DNA from: Lytechinus pictus
Taxonomy: Eukaryota
DNA length: 64,000 nucleotides
NCBI RefSeq assembly: GCF_037042905.1
Contig: NC_087252.1
Location: 18,044,001 to 18,108,000 of the forward strand
Reading direction: 5' to 3'
Positions 12,520 to 24,255 of this stretch are shown piece by piece; the first letter of the stretch is position 1; each line of letters opens with the position of its first letter. A model generated the notes under the pieces. The model had not been told where the DNA came from and did not search any database. It saw only the letters and a list, made by a program, of their open reading frames with translations. The translations under genes and the position numbers were made by a program.

Positions 12520-13250
12520 TCTTCTTTCTATCTACCTTTGTTTCTTTTTTTTTTTTTCTTCTTTTATTCCTTCCTCCTTTCGTTTCTAAGTTCTTTTTCT
12601 ACTTTTTTCTTTTCTACACTCTTAATAATTTTCCTTATCTCTTTCCTTCATTCTTTCTTTGCTATTCCTTCTTTTTCTTTCCTTTTCCTCTTTCCTTTCT
12701 TCCCCTCTATTTCTCCCCTATTCCTTCTTTTCATCATTTTTTTTTCTTTTCTGCATTCATTCTTTCTTTCTTTTATTTCTGTCCTTTTTCTTTTCTTTCT
12801 TCCTTTCTTTCCTTCCTTTTGTTTTTTTCTTTTCTTTCTTTCCTGCCTTTCCGTTTTGTCTCGTCTCACTCTGATACTTTCCTTCATTCTTCTTTTATTC
12901 TTTAGTATCTTTCTTTGTTATTTTTCCTTCAATCCTTCCTTCTTTCTTTCCTTCTTTCTTTACTATTTTTCTTTTCTACATGTACATTCTCATTTATTTT
13001 CCTTACAGTATTTCTTTCCTTCATTCTTTCTTTATTTTCTTTCCTTTTTCTTTTCCTCTTTCTTCCTATCTTTCCTTCCTCTTTTCTTTCTTTCCTTTCT
13101 TTTTGTTGTCTTTCTCCATACTTTCCTTCATTCTTCTTACATTCTTTCTTTAGTTTCTTTCTTTCCTTCTTTCTCTTGTTTGCTTTTTTCTTTCCTACTG
13201 TCATTCATTATTATTATTTTTTTTTTTCATTTCCTTCCTACTGTCCTTTC
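12520..13250. repeat. Pyrimidine-rich (CTTT/CTT) low-complexity tract
   Basis: Direct inspection; source of several spurious ORFs. Confidence 0.9.
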
Positions 13251-13530
13251 ACCCCCCCCCCTTGGTCACGTCCTCTGTTTCATCGCTGACACCCTAAAAA
13301 AAAAAATCATTTTTCTTTTTTTTTTGAGAAAACTAATTTTTCTTGTAGCATTTAATAAGTTTTAGTTACAAGTGAAATTAAATAAACCATGAGTGTCTGA
13401 AACTCTGTATGTCTGCAATACTCGTGGAACAGAAATAAGAATTTTTAAAAAGAGCCCCCATGAGCTCCAAATAGCAACTGCATATTACATTATTATTAAC
13501 GGTGGCTATTCATCAGTGGGAATATCTATT

Positions 13531-14515
13531 AAAAACAAGTGGAATGCCTCTGGCCGTCTCACCTGCATCACGCGATTCAATATAGCAGCAGTGCTGATTT
13601 TGAAAACTACTATAACTCGCACAAGACGTTCAGTGATACTTGGTTACTCTTATTTCCATGTTTTATGAACTAGACCAATACACTTATAGAGATATGATGG
13701 CAATTCAACAAATACCCCCAATGTGGCCAAAGTTCTTTGACCTTACATGACCTTTGACCTTGATCATGTGACCTGAAACTCGCACAGGATGTTCAGTGAT
13801 ACTTGATTACTATTATGTCCAAGTTTTATGAACTAGACCAACACACTTTCAAATTTATGGCTGTAATTCAACAAATACCCCAATTTGGCCAAAGTTCATT
13901 GACCCTAAATGACCTTTGACCTTGATCATGTGACCTGAAACTTGCACAGGATGTTCAGTAATACTTGATTACTATTATGTCCAAGTTTCATGAATCAGAT
14001 CCATAAACTTTCAAAGTTATGATGGTAATTCAACAGATACCCCCAATTCGGCCAAAGTTCATTGACCCTAAATGACCTTTGACCTTGGTCATGTGACGTG
14101 AAACTCAAGCAGGATGTTCAGTGATACTTGATTAACCTTATGTATAAGTTTCATGAACTAGGTCCATATATTTTCTAAGTTATGATGACATTTCAAAAAC
14201 TTAACCTTAGGTTAAGATTTTGATGTTGATTCCCCCAACATGGTCTAAGTTCATTGACCCTAAATGACCTTTGACCTTGGTCATGTGACATGAAACTCAG
14301 GCAGGATGTTCAGTAATACTTGATTAACCTTATGGCCAAGTTTTATGAACTAGGTCCATATACTTTCTAAGTTATGCTGTCATTTCAAAAACTTAACCTC
14401 AGGTTAAGATTTGGTGTTGACGCCGCCGTCGCCGCCGCCGCCGCCGCCGCCGTCGCCGCCGCCGTCGGAAAAGCGGCGCCTATAGTCTCACTCTGCTATG
14501 CAGGTGAGACAAAAA
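13531..14515. mobile_element. Helentron/DINE-like non-autonomous element with internal ~162-bp tandem repeat and (GCC)n
   Basis: Subterminal inverted repeat gtctcacctgcat / atgcaggtgagac, terminal stem-loop gtctcac..gtgagac, A-run flanks, no TSD; repeat cores at 13748, 13910, 14073, 14265. Confidence 0.75.
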
Positions 14516-16115
14516 CCCTCGTTAAAAGTATTTTGGGGGTTGGCTGGTACCCTGGCCTGCGGGCCTGCCACAGCAAAAGCAGGTTTTTGCAAGCACGATG
14601 GGAACGGTCGAACGGAACGTCTGTAAAATCTCAGCAGGGGGTCCCTCAATCATGAGAAATTAATTCCCCCGACCCGCCGAAAAGTACAACAGTACTGAGC
14701 GGCAAAATTAGTGTTCAGACCAGCCAAGATACCTCAGCATGGAATTTGCCAATCACTATCACCACTGTCGTTCCAATCGCTAGCGAAAATGTAAACATGC
14801 CTCGTACATGGCGTTCGTAGAAACGTTACATGCATAGCACTAGCTAACATAGACAGCTGGCAGCCGTCTGTTTCGAGGAGTTTTTTAACATTTTTTTTTT
14901 TTCTCCTCGTACACAGACGGTTCGCTATCGTGCAGCCACCATTAGGGGGTTAACAATGCAAAATCCCCCCGTTTTTTTTCTTTGTTTCATAAAAATATAT
15001 AAAAAGAACTACCAAAATAAATTCCGTTTTGGCCTGAAATGCACCAAAACGGGGAAAAAACAGTGACTAACTTCGGCTGTCGCACAACTTCACTTCCCTG
15101 TTTTATCCAAACTTAATAGTATACATAAACATATGGCCATTGAGTCCCTGTACAGATCGAGCTAGAACTTCGGTCTCTGTATTTGGTGAGTGGAGCCAAC
15201 AGAGTTCGGCAGAACAGCCAACATAACAGAGACCGAAGCTTTTGGTCTATATAGCTAACGTTAAGCCGACATTACAAACATGCTTCTGTAGTTTTTGGTT
15301 CATTGATTTTGGACTGACAAAAGCCTTTAGGAATGGCGTTGCCATGGTTGCCATTGAGGAAATCCTTCTCATTTGTCTATGGTAATCAGGCATGTCAGGT
15401 ATTGTGTCTTGATCACTTTACAAAGTTTACGTACACGCGTACTTAGTCTTACTCTTACGTCTTAGTCTAAGCAATAGTCTTAATAGATTCTAATATGTTT
15501 TATTAACGTTAAACTTTCAGTTCAAAGCCAAGCCCAAGGGCAAATTTTAAGAAAGTTTAGGACTTTACAGTTTACTCTTTTGTCTTAGACTTTAGTCTAA
15601 ATTTATTTAATTTAGAAGTTGATTATGCTTCGCCGTCATTTCCGATGTTAGTTGTGACAATAATTACATGTAACAACTGGCGTGCGTTTCTGTTGACTGT
15701 GTATGAATGATGATCTATCATCTAGCCTACACACAAGACTGCAAAACTGCAATTTGGCCGAAAAACGGGAGGTTCGTTTGGATACGGTCGCAGCGGCCTG
15801 ATACCCCAAGAGCAGCACTTGACAGTGGAAGCTCCCATCGCACCGGCATCGCCCTTTGGCTTTGCAAAATAAAAACCCATCACCCGCCCGACCCGACCAA
15901 ACGCGTAGCTTACAGCTGTACAGTTACATTACAGACAGCACTCATCACACACATCACTCAGGCAGCAGATCACTTCCCTGGCACATCAATTGCAGTGGAG
16001 CTTTTAAAAATCGATTTGTTCTCAAATAAATGTGCAAATTCATTGATATTGGTACATAAAATGATTAAAACCATGATATACACGAAATGCACTAAACATA
16101 CTCTATCTTACTCAC

Positions 16116-16195
16116 CGGAATGGATGAAAAATATGTCAAAAACTGTATCGAAATGCGACGAAAATGTCGGGAATTGGGGACAGCTCTGAATGATA
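16116..16195 (-). other. Probable non-coding first exon (5' UTR) of the PRDM gene
   Basis: Strong donor CCG|gtgagt at 16116/16115 upstream of the 11526 acceptor, beside a CpG-enriched region (about 15600-16170); TSS position is a guess. Confidence 0.5.
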
Positions 16196-16401
16196 TGGTG
16201 AAGTTAAAAAGTTAATAAAAAAGAAAAAAAGAAAGAAAAAAAAGGCCTACTTTTTTTTGTGGGAGGGGGGGGGGGGGGTGTTTGAGTTCTTTTTTTAGGT
16301 GTTCCCTGTATCTTGTTTTTAAATTTAGGGGAATCAAAGTTGAAATTGCAAATTGGGACGACCTCTTCCCTTGAAGGCTGGTTGATATCAAGGATAGGTT
16401 C

Positions 16402-16800
16402 TTAAAGGACAAGTTCACCCCAAAAAGAAAAAAATCCATCAAGCATAAATATGCTTGATATGGATTTTTTCTTTTTTTTCTTCTTTTTTATAACCCTGAA
16501 AATTTCATCAAAAGTGGATGTAAAACTAGAAAGTTACGACAGCTTTAAGTTAAGTTTAATTTCACAAAACAGTTATATGCACATCCTGGTCGGTATGCAA
16601 ATGAGGGGACTGATGATGTCACTCACTATTTCCTTTGCATACTATTGTATAAAATACGAAATATTCTTGTTTTCTACTCATTAATAGAAACAAAGTTTTA
16701 TTCCTCCATTATGAACATTTGGAATTACCGCGTTATTTCAACATTTTATGGTTCAGTCAAGTCGGTCCTCATGGTCAAATAAAAAAACTGAAATATTGTA
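16402..16800. mobile_element. Truncated copy of the Kolobok-like MITE family of 8945-9544
   Basis: ttaaaggacaagttcacccc start; shared ttcacaaaacagttatatgcacatc..gtcggtatgcaaatgagg. Confidence 0.75.
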
Positions 16801-19061
16801 TAAGAAAGAAAGAAAGAAAGAAAGACAGAAAGAAAGAAAGACAGAAGAAAGAAAGAAAGGAAAGGAAGAAAAGATCGAAAGGAAAATATAGGAGAGGGAG
16901 ATAAACGGAAGATGCGAAAAGAAAAAAAAACGAATAAGGAGGAAAAGGGAAAAGTGAATACGAGGAAGCAGAAAAGAAAACAACAATTTACAGAGCGTGT
17001 AAGAAATCTACAAATTGTTTATTTTCACATATAATTCTGAATTTATGGGAACCGAAAATTCATTGCCTCCTCTAATGTACCAAAATTAATAGATTAGGAT
17101 AAGACATGGAAAAATATATAGGCAGATCCAGGGGGCCGTGTGGACGCATCCACCCATTTGCGACCCCCCCCCCCCCCCCGCCCCCCCCCCCAAAAAAAAA
17201 AAAAAGGGAAAGCTAGCGCAGAATAAAGAGAAAATGCATAAGAATTGCAAAAGGAAAGAAATAAAAAATAAACACTAAATTAAATAATTGTATATTGTTA
17301 GAAATCCATAATTTGGCAGGATGATTTTTAGAATATCTCATTAGATTTAATATCTCATCAACAATCTGTTTAGAAAATTAATCTAATTATCCTACTTTAT
17401 TTTGGCATTCATGTAGTTCAAAAAGTACAGGACTGCGTTAAATAGGCCTTCGTCCACATCGTGCAAAGATAAGCCTAACATCTAGGCATATGGCTTATCT
17501 CAAGTGTAAATATTGTCACAATTTCCTGCACGTGTAACTCTTAGAGGAAAACAAGGTGGGAATTGGAACTAAATTGCCCCGAAGGCCCCCATGCCTATTG
17601 GAACCCTCGAGAAAAATTATGGATTACCAAAGAGGGTCTATATATTATGGGCACTCAAGAAAGTAAATTGATTGATAAAGAACCTAAGGAGGTTCCAAAG
17701 TTACTGGTCGGAGGTAATTCAGAACCTTTTAAGGTTCCTGATACGGGGCAGGCAAAAAAAAAAAACCTCTTTATATAAAAACCTCTGTTTTCGAAGAATG
17801 TTCCGAATAAGCATCTTGTGCAACTCATACTCATGATTGACTTCTGAAGGACTACTAGCTACTACTTCTAACATTTTTTTAAAATATTTAAAAACAGCAG
17901 AGCTTATTTTTTCATATTTAATTCCAAATAACTTATAATCGTACATAAAACAAATTATGGTTATTTAGATTGTTAAACAACTACTTTAATGATTATGAAG
18001 TAAACATCGTTGTTATATTAAACAGTGGCTTTACTGCGTAAGGAGATTATGATAAAGATAGCATGCTTTCAAATTTGAGGGGTAACTCCACCCGCCCCCC
18101 ATAACAAAATCGAATGGGACGGGTCCCCACGCCCCCCGAATTACCTTTCCTGATTATAGTATCTGTCAATTTCTTGGTAAAATTGGAATGGTAAAATAAT
18201 ACTTTTTTTTTCAACCTTTAACAAAGCTTTAGATATTTAAACAGATTTTGAAGTCTATTATGGGAGAAAAATTGATAGACGCGATCGCCTTGAAATCTTT
18301 TTAATAGAATGATAAAGAAAGAATAAAGGGAAAAGAAATATCAGGAATGAGCATAAATGAGTGATCGTTTTACTACATATTATTAACCCCATAAAAAAAT
18401 ATATATAATAAAAAAAAATCCTTGGTCGTGAGGTGGAAAAAGAAAACGAAAGGAACCAGTCAGAGTAACTAATACGCGTTTTGATTTTCTGTCACAAAGA
18501 TACACTTCCAATTTTTAAAATGTTTGCTTGCTTCGCTCACTCGCGATTATAAAGAAAACCCCTTATTATGCCGCTGTGTGCCCCCGAATCGCAACACCAC
18601 TGCCACTAGGCTTATTTCTATATATGTCTTAATGCAGACGAACATGTGGATCAAGCTTCAAATTGTTCAGTATCATTTTAATGGTTGCATAAAAAACATA
18701 ATCAAACAAACAAAATACAATCCCCTCGAGCTCGTAGCATAATAATGTTCCCTCGATTTAATTTGGAAATCGATTACATGAACTATTTAAAAAGAAGCAT
18801 GTTTCTGAGCGTGACTTAAAAGACAAATCCTAAAATCAAATACAATCTTACTTCAGTTAATACTCTTACAAAACACTGATCATGCTGATTGTTACATCTC
18901 ACTCTCAATGTGGATAAAGAAATCTTTTATAACACGCATCTTATTATATCTTATTTATAAAATAAAACAAATAATTATGACGTGTCCGTGGTATTTACAT
19001 AAAGTAAGCAATAAAGTAAACATGTGCAGGTGATTTTATAACTGCTCAAACCGGACAAATC

Positions 19062-19068
19062 TATAAAA
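19062..19068 (+). promoter_or_regulatory. TATA box of SOUL copy 1
   Basis: CTATAAAAAC about 115 bp upstream of ATG, Inr-like TCATCAC about 28 bp downstream; conserved in copy 2. Confidence 0.75.
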
Positions 19069-19177
19069 ACGGAGCGATGTACCAGCTCGTCATCACATCA
19101 TCAGAGAACCCAGGATTAGCTATCGAATCAAGCTACCGATCTCAACCTCGGCCTCAACGACGACATCATCAACAGAC

Positions 19178-22100
19178 ATGGCTAAGTTTTTAAGAGCAGT
19201 TCTTATGTTGGTCTCTTCAGCCCAGCTGTCTCTCTCGGCTACGGTGGTGGCACAGCAAGCACGTAGCACCCAATCAAGACCAGCGTTTTGTAAGGGTCTA
19301 GAGTGTCCGGAGTTCACCACTGTCCATTCAGCTGAGGTAAGTTTTCATTTTTCATTTTGACTAATCAGCGACTATCTGTAATGTTTCAGTAGAATGAAAT
19401 AACCATATAAAACTCTATGTCTTTAAAATTCAATTCTAATTCATTTACCCATATTATAATCTCCACTTCTCAATTTTCTTATACGTCACTTATAAAATGT
19501 TGATATCTATACAGACAAATTTATCCCATCCAATTCATTCACATCACAAATCCTTCCCTGAATTCCGCCGAACTGTATAATATCGTTTAAGCCAATTTTG
19601 AAAGTTTTGCAATTACTTATAGTCTTTACAATTGACCCATTGATAATATTCTGTTGCTTCATATTAACCCCCAAAGTATCAATGATTTTATATTTCGTCA
19701 TGCTTTGTATATTTGTATAATAGTACTTTGATATTTCTTATTAAGTATTACTGTAGTTATGTTTTATATTGTTTTTTTAATGTAAAAGTGGAATCTGTAC
19801 AATTCAGCTCTTGCTGCGAACAGTCTTAAAATGAAATACAATTATTATATTATTATTCATATTATTCCATATAATAATTCCCTCGATCAATTCGACACAG
19901 AAAAAATGTAGTGTATAACCGGTGTACAAAGAAGAAGACACAAGTAGTTTTGCTCTGTATTTTGTTGGTGTATAATTTACTCAACACCACATAGCATTAT
20001 TACATCACCTATATAGTTGCTTTCTTAACAGTCTTTGGTATTAGGCCTATGCTTAACTCTAGGGTGTAATTTCAACACTAAAGAGTGTGTTCCTCTTAAT
20101 TAGGACACCAAAACAGCCGGGTATCAGATACCCCATTTGGATGGTCAAAATATTATTGAAACTGCTTATATTGACTTTGTGCCGGATAAACGTTGAATGT
20201 GAAAATTAATTCTATTCAAGTAAGTTCAATTTCAATATCAAATGAATAGATTAATAATCGTGACTAATAATTCTTCTCACAAAATGTTTTTTAATGAATT
20301 TCAATGATATCATAAAGGAAAATGCAGATTAATGCAATGTCTCAACGTTTGATTTTTCTATACAGGGATATGATGAACGTCAGTACAGCGAATCAAAATG
20401 GGTTAGCACTGAAATTATGAGCATGGATTACGAATCCGCGAAAAGCCAAGGATTCGATCGGCTTTTCAACTACATCGACGGTCACAATGACCAGAGTAAG
20501 TATAGAGCGCCCTCTTTTTCCCACCTGAATTAAAATCACTTTTGAAAAAAAGTAAGCCCGTCACTATAACAACTATTGTCCACAATATTTGAACAAGTTG
20601 TTGGAAAGAATCTTAACTTGTAGTTGTTTAAAAAAAAACTCTTTAAAAAGGTTTAAAGCAAGTTGTTTAAAAAATGTTTTTATAAATGTCAAAAGAGTTT
20701 AAACGATTATTGTTTAAAAGTTTAGAGTGACATTAGCGTAATTGTTGTTAGAATGATGGACTGAAGAATTATTTTACCGTGTATAATTTCCTCGTATCTG
20801 TATTCGTGTATATAGCCTGAACAGCTCTTTCCTAGAAAACTAATGATTGTCGTATTATGCGGCAAGTAACATGGTAATAACCATAATGGTAAAGTAACGA
20901 GTTTCTGTCATTTTGAATGAATTAAGTCAAAGCCGGTATCAACCCGTTAACCTTCTGTGGTTTATCATTCTACCGAAAACAGATTTCCATCTTCTAATTG
21001 ATGTATGTATGCATAGGCCTAATGTATCAACAAAAACACTAAAACAGAAGCTCTCTAGCTGAAAGAACAAAATATATGATAGACTATAGAGGCTATTATA
21101 GTCTCACATCATAAACAAACAAAATAATTTAACATGCACAATCCTTGAAAAATTGTATTATCAAAATTAGTTTTAAAACACTCCTGGTGCTAAAGATAAT
21201 ATTCAAATAATAATTTTGTTTTCTTATTTACAGAGCAAAAGGTTGCCATGACTGCACCAGTCGCTACCCGTGTCATCCCGGGCCAGGGCCCCGCTTGTGA
21301 GAGCAACTTCACCGTATCATTCTTCATCCCGGCTCAACACAGCGCCAACCCACCCATTCCAAGCGATTCCGATGTCTTCTTTAGTACTATCCCAGCTCAT
21401 CGTGCATACGTCAAGTAAGTTTGATTTATTCACTGTTAATATACTGTCAAACTATATACACTCTAAAAAGACATGGGATTTATTATAAATCCATTACGGT
21501 TGTGAATAGTGTCAAACCAATTCGGGGCAGTATTTTACCCAATACGGGAAGCGCATTGTCCAGTAGGGTTAAAAAATGAACAGCAATTACTTAATAAGTG
21601 GGCAAAATTTTCACCACACTGTCTAAATAAAAATGCCCGAAAGAAATGCCCAATGTTGGTCGGACACATAATTACCCCCATGGGGCATTTTTACCCAATA
21701 CTTTTTTAAGAGTGCACATTTTGGATATTTTCAGTTATTGTCCAGGTTTTCCTCAAGCATATTTTAGCATTTACCTGTATAAAATTTACCAGTTTTTCCC
21801 ATTAATCCCACCTGGGAGGGAAATACTGTACATTTCCTGGAATATGCCAACCCTGCCCATATCTAACCCCGGATCCACCCCGTCTTTAGGCCCTATATAC
21901 CCAAAAAATGCACATAAAAAAAAACCCGGAATGGGGCCCTTTCTATTCATGACCCCCCGCCCCCGTGCCCCCGCCGTGCAACCTGAATATCTAGTTGTTG
22001 AAATCAACGAACGTAGAGGGCAGCAACACACGGCAGTTCGTTGGTTGAAATAAAACCGCCATCTAGGGTCCTATATATATCCGACCCTATCATTGGCCAA

Positions 22101-22513
22101 GGCTGCCCCTATATTATTATTACCGGGTGCATTGAATATGACAAGAAACGCTTTGCTTTTAACCCTCTGTATAAATCAACTAAGATTGAAATATATTGGT
22201 ATAGTTTGTATGGCTTAGATTGTAACATAAATTATAAGCCGGCTTCATTATTTTTTTATGCAATGACCTGGACCATTCTTGTTATCTCGATAACTTGACT
22301 AATCCTTCCCTTTAAATTGATTTTATTTTCAAACTCAGATCTTTTGGTGGTTTCGCCTCCCAGAACGACTGGATCCAGGCCGGTACAGAACTCGGCCAGG
22401 CTTTGGAAACCGCTTCTAAAACATACGATGGTTCTTACTTTTACACTGCCGGTTATGACGGCCCTTACACAATCTTCAACCGACACAACGAGGTCTGGTT
22501 CACCGCCAACTAA
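19178..22513 (+). CDS. HEBP2: SOUL/heme-binding protein 2-like, copy 1, 214 aa with signal peptide; exons 19178-19336, 20366-20495, 21234-21414, 22339-22513
   Basis: GT-AG junctions; 159+130+181+175=645 nt, ending TAA. SOUL motifs YDERQY..KWVST, GFDRLFNYIDG.N, KVAMTAPV, VSFFIP..PP.P.D, YVKSFGG, YTAGYD.P..NRHNEVW. Symbol denotes family likeness, not proven orthology. Confidence 0.93.
21459..21714. mobile_element. CAC-terminated MITE in SOUL intron 3 (also at 34694-34950, so it predates the duplication)
   Basis: cactctaaaaa ... tttttaagagtg termini in both copies. Confidence 0.65.
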
Positions 22514-22788
22514 AGACTAATCTTCAGCTAGAAAAATGCCGGGAGCCTGTTTCACCAAACTTGTCATGATAACATATTTAAAGCTTTTGCCAAATGAGTA
22601 CTGCAATCATTCGATTGATAAAACTTGCTAATGATTTTGTTATTATTACAAGTCTATAAGAAACGGGATCCTGCATGATCTAATATAAATTAAGTGTTTT
22701 TATGTTTGTACATTATTTTTCTTGATATTGATTACTTCAACAAGTCATAAAACAGTATGAATATAATATCTTGTAAATAGAATTATTT

Positions 22789-22794
22789 AATAAA
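22789..22794 (+). terminator. Candidate polyadenylation signal, SOUL copy 1
   Basis: AATAAA about 275 nt after the stop, conserved in copy 2. Confidence 0.5.
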
Positions 22795-23158
22795 TTTATG
22801 CGAAAAAACAATTATAGGCCGTACTCAATGTATTTTGTGAAACAAGTTTTACGAAATAGGGAGATGAAATAAGATTTTTTTTTTAGAAAATGGAATAGGA
22901 GATTGGGAGATAGGATTAGAGAAGGGAGAGGGTGGAAGAAGTGTATTTGTGTGAGGGTGTGTGTGGGTGAGGGTGTGGGTGTTCGAGAGAGATAGATGGA
23001 TAGAGAAAGAGAAGAGATATAGAGGAAGAGAACAAGAAGAGAGAAAGAAAGAAGGGGAGGAAGAGAGAGAGGGAGAGAGAAGGAGATAGAGGGGGGGAGA
23101 GATTATTCATCCATGGGAGAGCTGGTGAACATGGTGAGGAGATTTCGTTAGGGGATTG

Positions 23159-23327
23159 CAGGGGCCGTGGGGGGGGGGGGGGGCTGGGGGCTTGAGCCCC
23201 CCCCCCCCACTTTTTTCCAAAACTGTACAATAACGCAAAAATGACCATAAGATTGTGATTTTTTGCATGGTCAGCCCCCCACTTTTGGCTCAGCCTCCCC
23301 CCCTTGAAAACCGTTCCGCGGTCCCTG
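23159..23327. mobile_element. Poly-G/poly-C MITE specific to duplication unit 1
   Basis: gattg|caggggccg ... cggtccctg|gattg; empty site gggattgttcc near 36270. Confidence 0.85.
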
Positions 23328-24037
23328 GATTGTTCCGAAGATTTGAATACTCTAAATGTTCGGAAAGATCATTAATCAGACGGTTCGCCAATGAACCGAA
23401 GGTGTGTTATTCCGAAAATGTAATATGATTCGTTATTCCGGGAACGTGATAAGATTCGTCATTCCGAAGACCCGATAATCACTAGTAACAGTTATTAATT
23501 ACTTTCACACAAACCATACTTCTTAAATTTTCGGCCAATCAAACCTTCGGAATAGTCTTATTGTATTGTCGGTTTAAACACTGAACATAATGACAAACAA
23601 AATATTATTTTCATTCCGGACTGACGAACCTTTGGAGTAATGCTACGAAAATAATAATGCTCAGATAAAACTACTAACAGACATCTTTGTGTGCGATTTG
23701 CAAGATTGAGTAAAAAAACAAATCAAAAATGAAAATAAAAATATTGGGTGGAAAGGAACATGCTTATAAATTTGTTGAGTAAGTTTTTGTCCCATATTGG
23801 GCAAAATGCATGTTTCTTAGGTTAATTGCAAAGCAAAATTGGTTAAAGATTTATACAGTATCAAAGGTATCATGAATTTTACCCAACAAACATGTCATGT
23901 TCCCTTTATTCCACCACAAATTTAATAAGCAACTCTATCCAAAACCTAACCCTTGACCTAACATGTATAAGACCCTATTTTTAAAGACAAGTGCACACCT
24001 AATTACCTATAATGCACATCTAATTATATACCAATAG

Positions 24038-24255
24038 GAAGAAGAAGAAGAAGGAGAAAAATAAAAAGAAGAAGGAGAAGAAGAAGAAGAAGAAGAAGAG
24101 AAAGAAGAAGAAGACAAAGAAGAAGAAGAAGAAAAAGGAGGAGAAGGAGGAGATGGAAGGACGGAAGGAAGGATGGAGTGAAGGACAAGAAAATGAAAGA
24201 AAGGAAGAAAAAAAAGGAAAAAAAAGAAAGGGGAGAGACGGGTAAATAAGGGAGG
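24038..24255. repeat. (GAA)n / purine-rich tract
   Basis: Direct inspection. Confidence 0.85.

Larger units (their letters stand above)
17861..23655 (+). repeat. Segmental duplication unit 1 (SOUL gene with about 1.3 kb upstream and 1.1 kb downstream)
   Basis: Colinear similarity to 30723-37324, from actacttctaaca to ggagtaatgc. Confidence 0.9.

Noticed and set aside
12513..13365. Long Phe/Leu/Ser-rich membrane-like ORFs
   Set aside because: Low-complexity pyrimidine tract lacking stops by composition; open in several frames.
15168..15238. Short inverted repeat cttcggtctctgt / acagagaccgaag as a structured RNA
   Set aside because: Only a 13-bp stem around a long unpaired loop; no support beyond a possible MITE remnant.
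15707..16189. 160-aa plus-strand ORF
   Set aside because: No recognisable motif; overlaps the CpG-rich probable first exon/intron of the PRDM gene in antisense.
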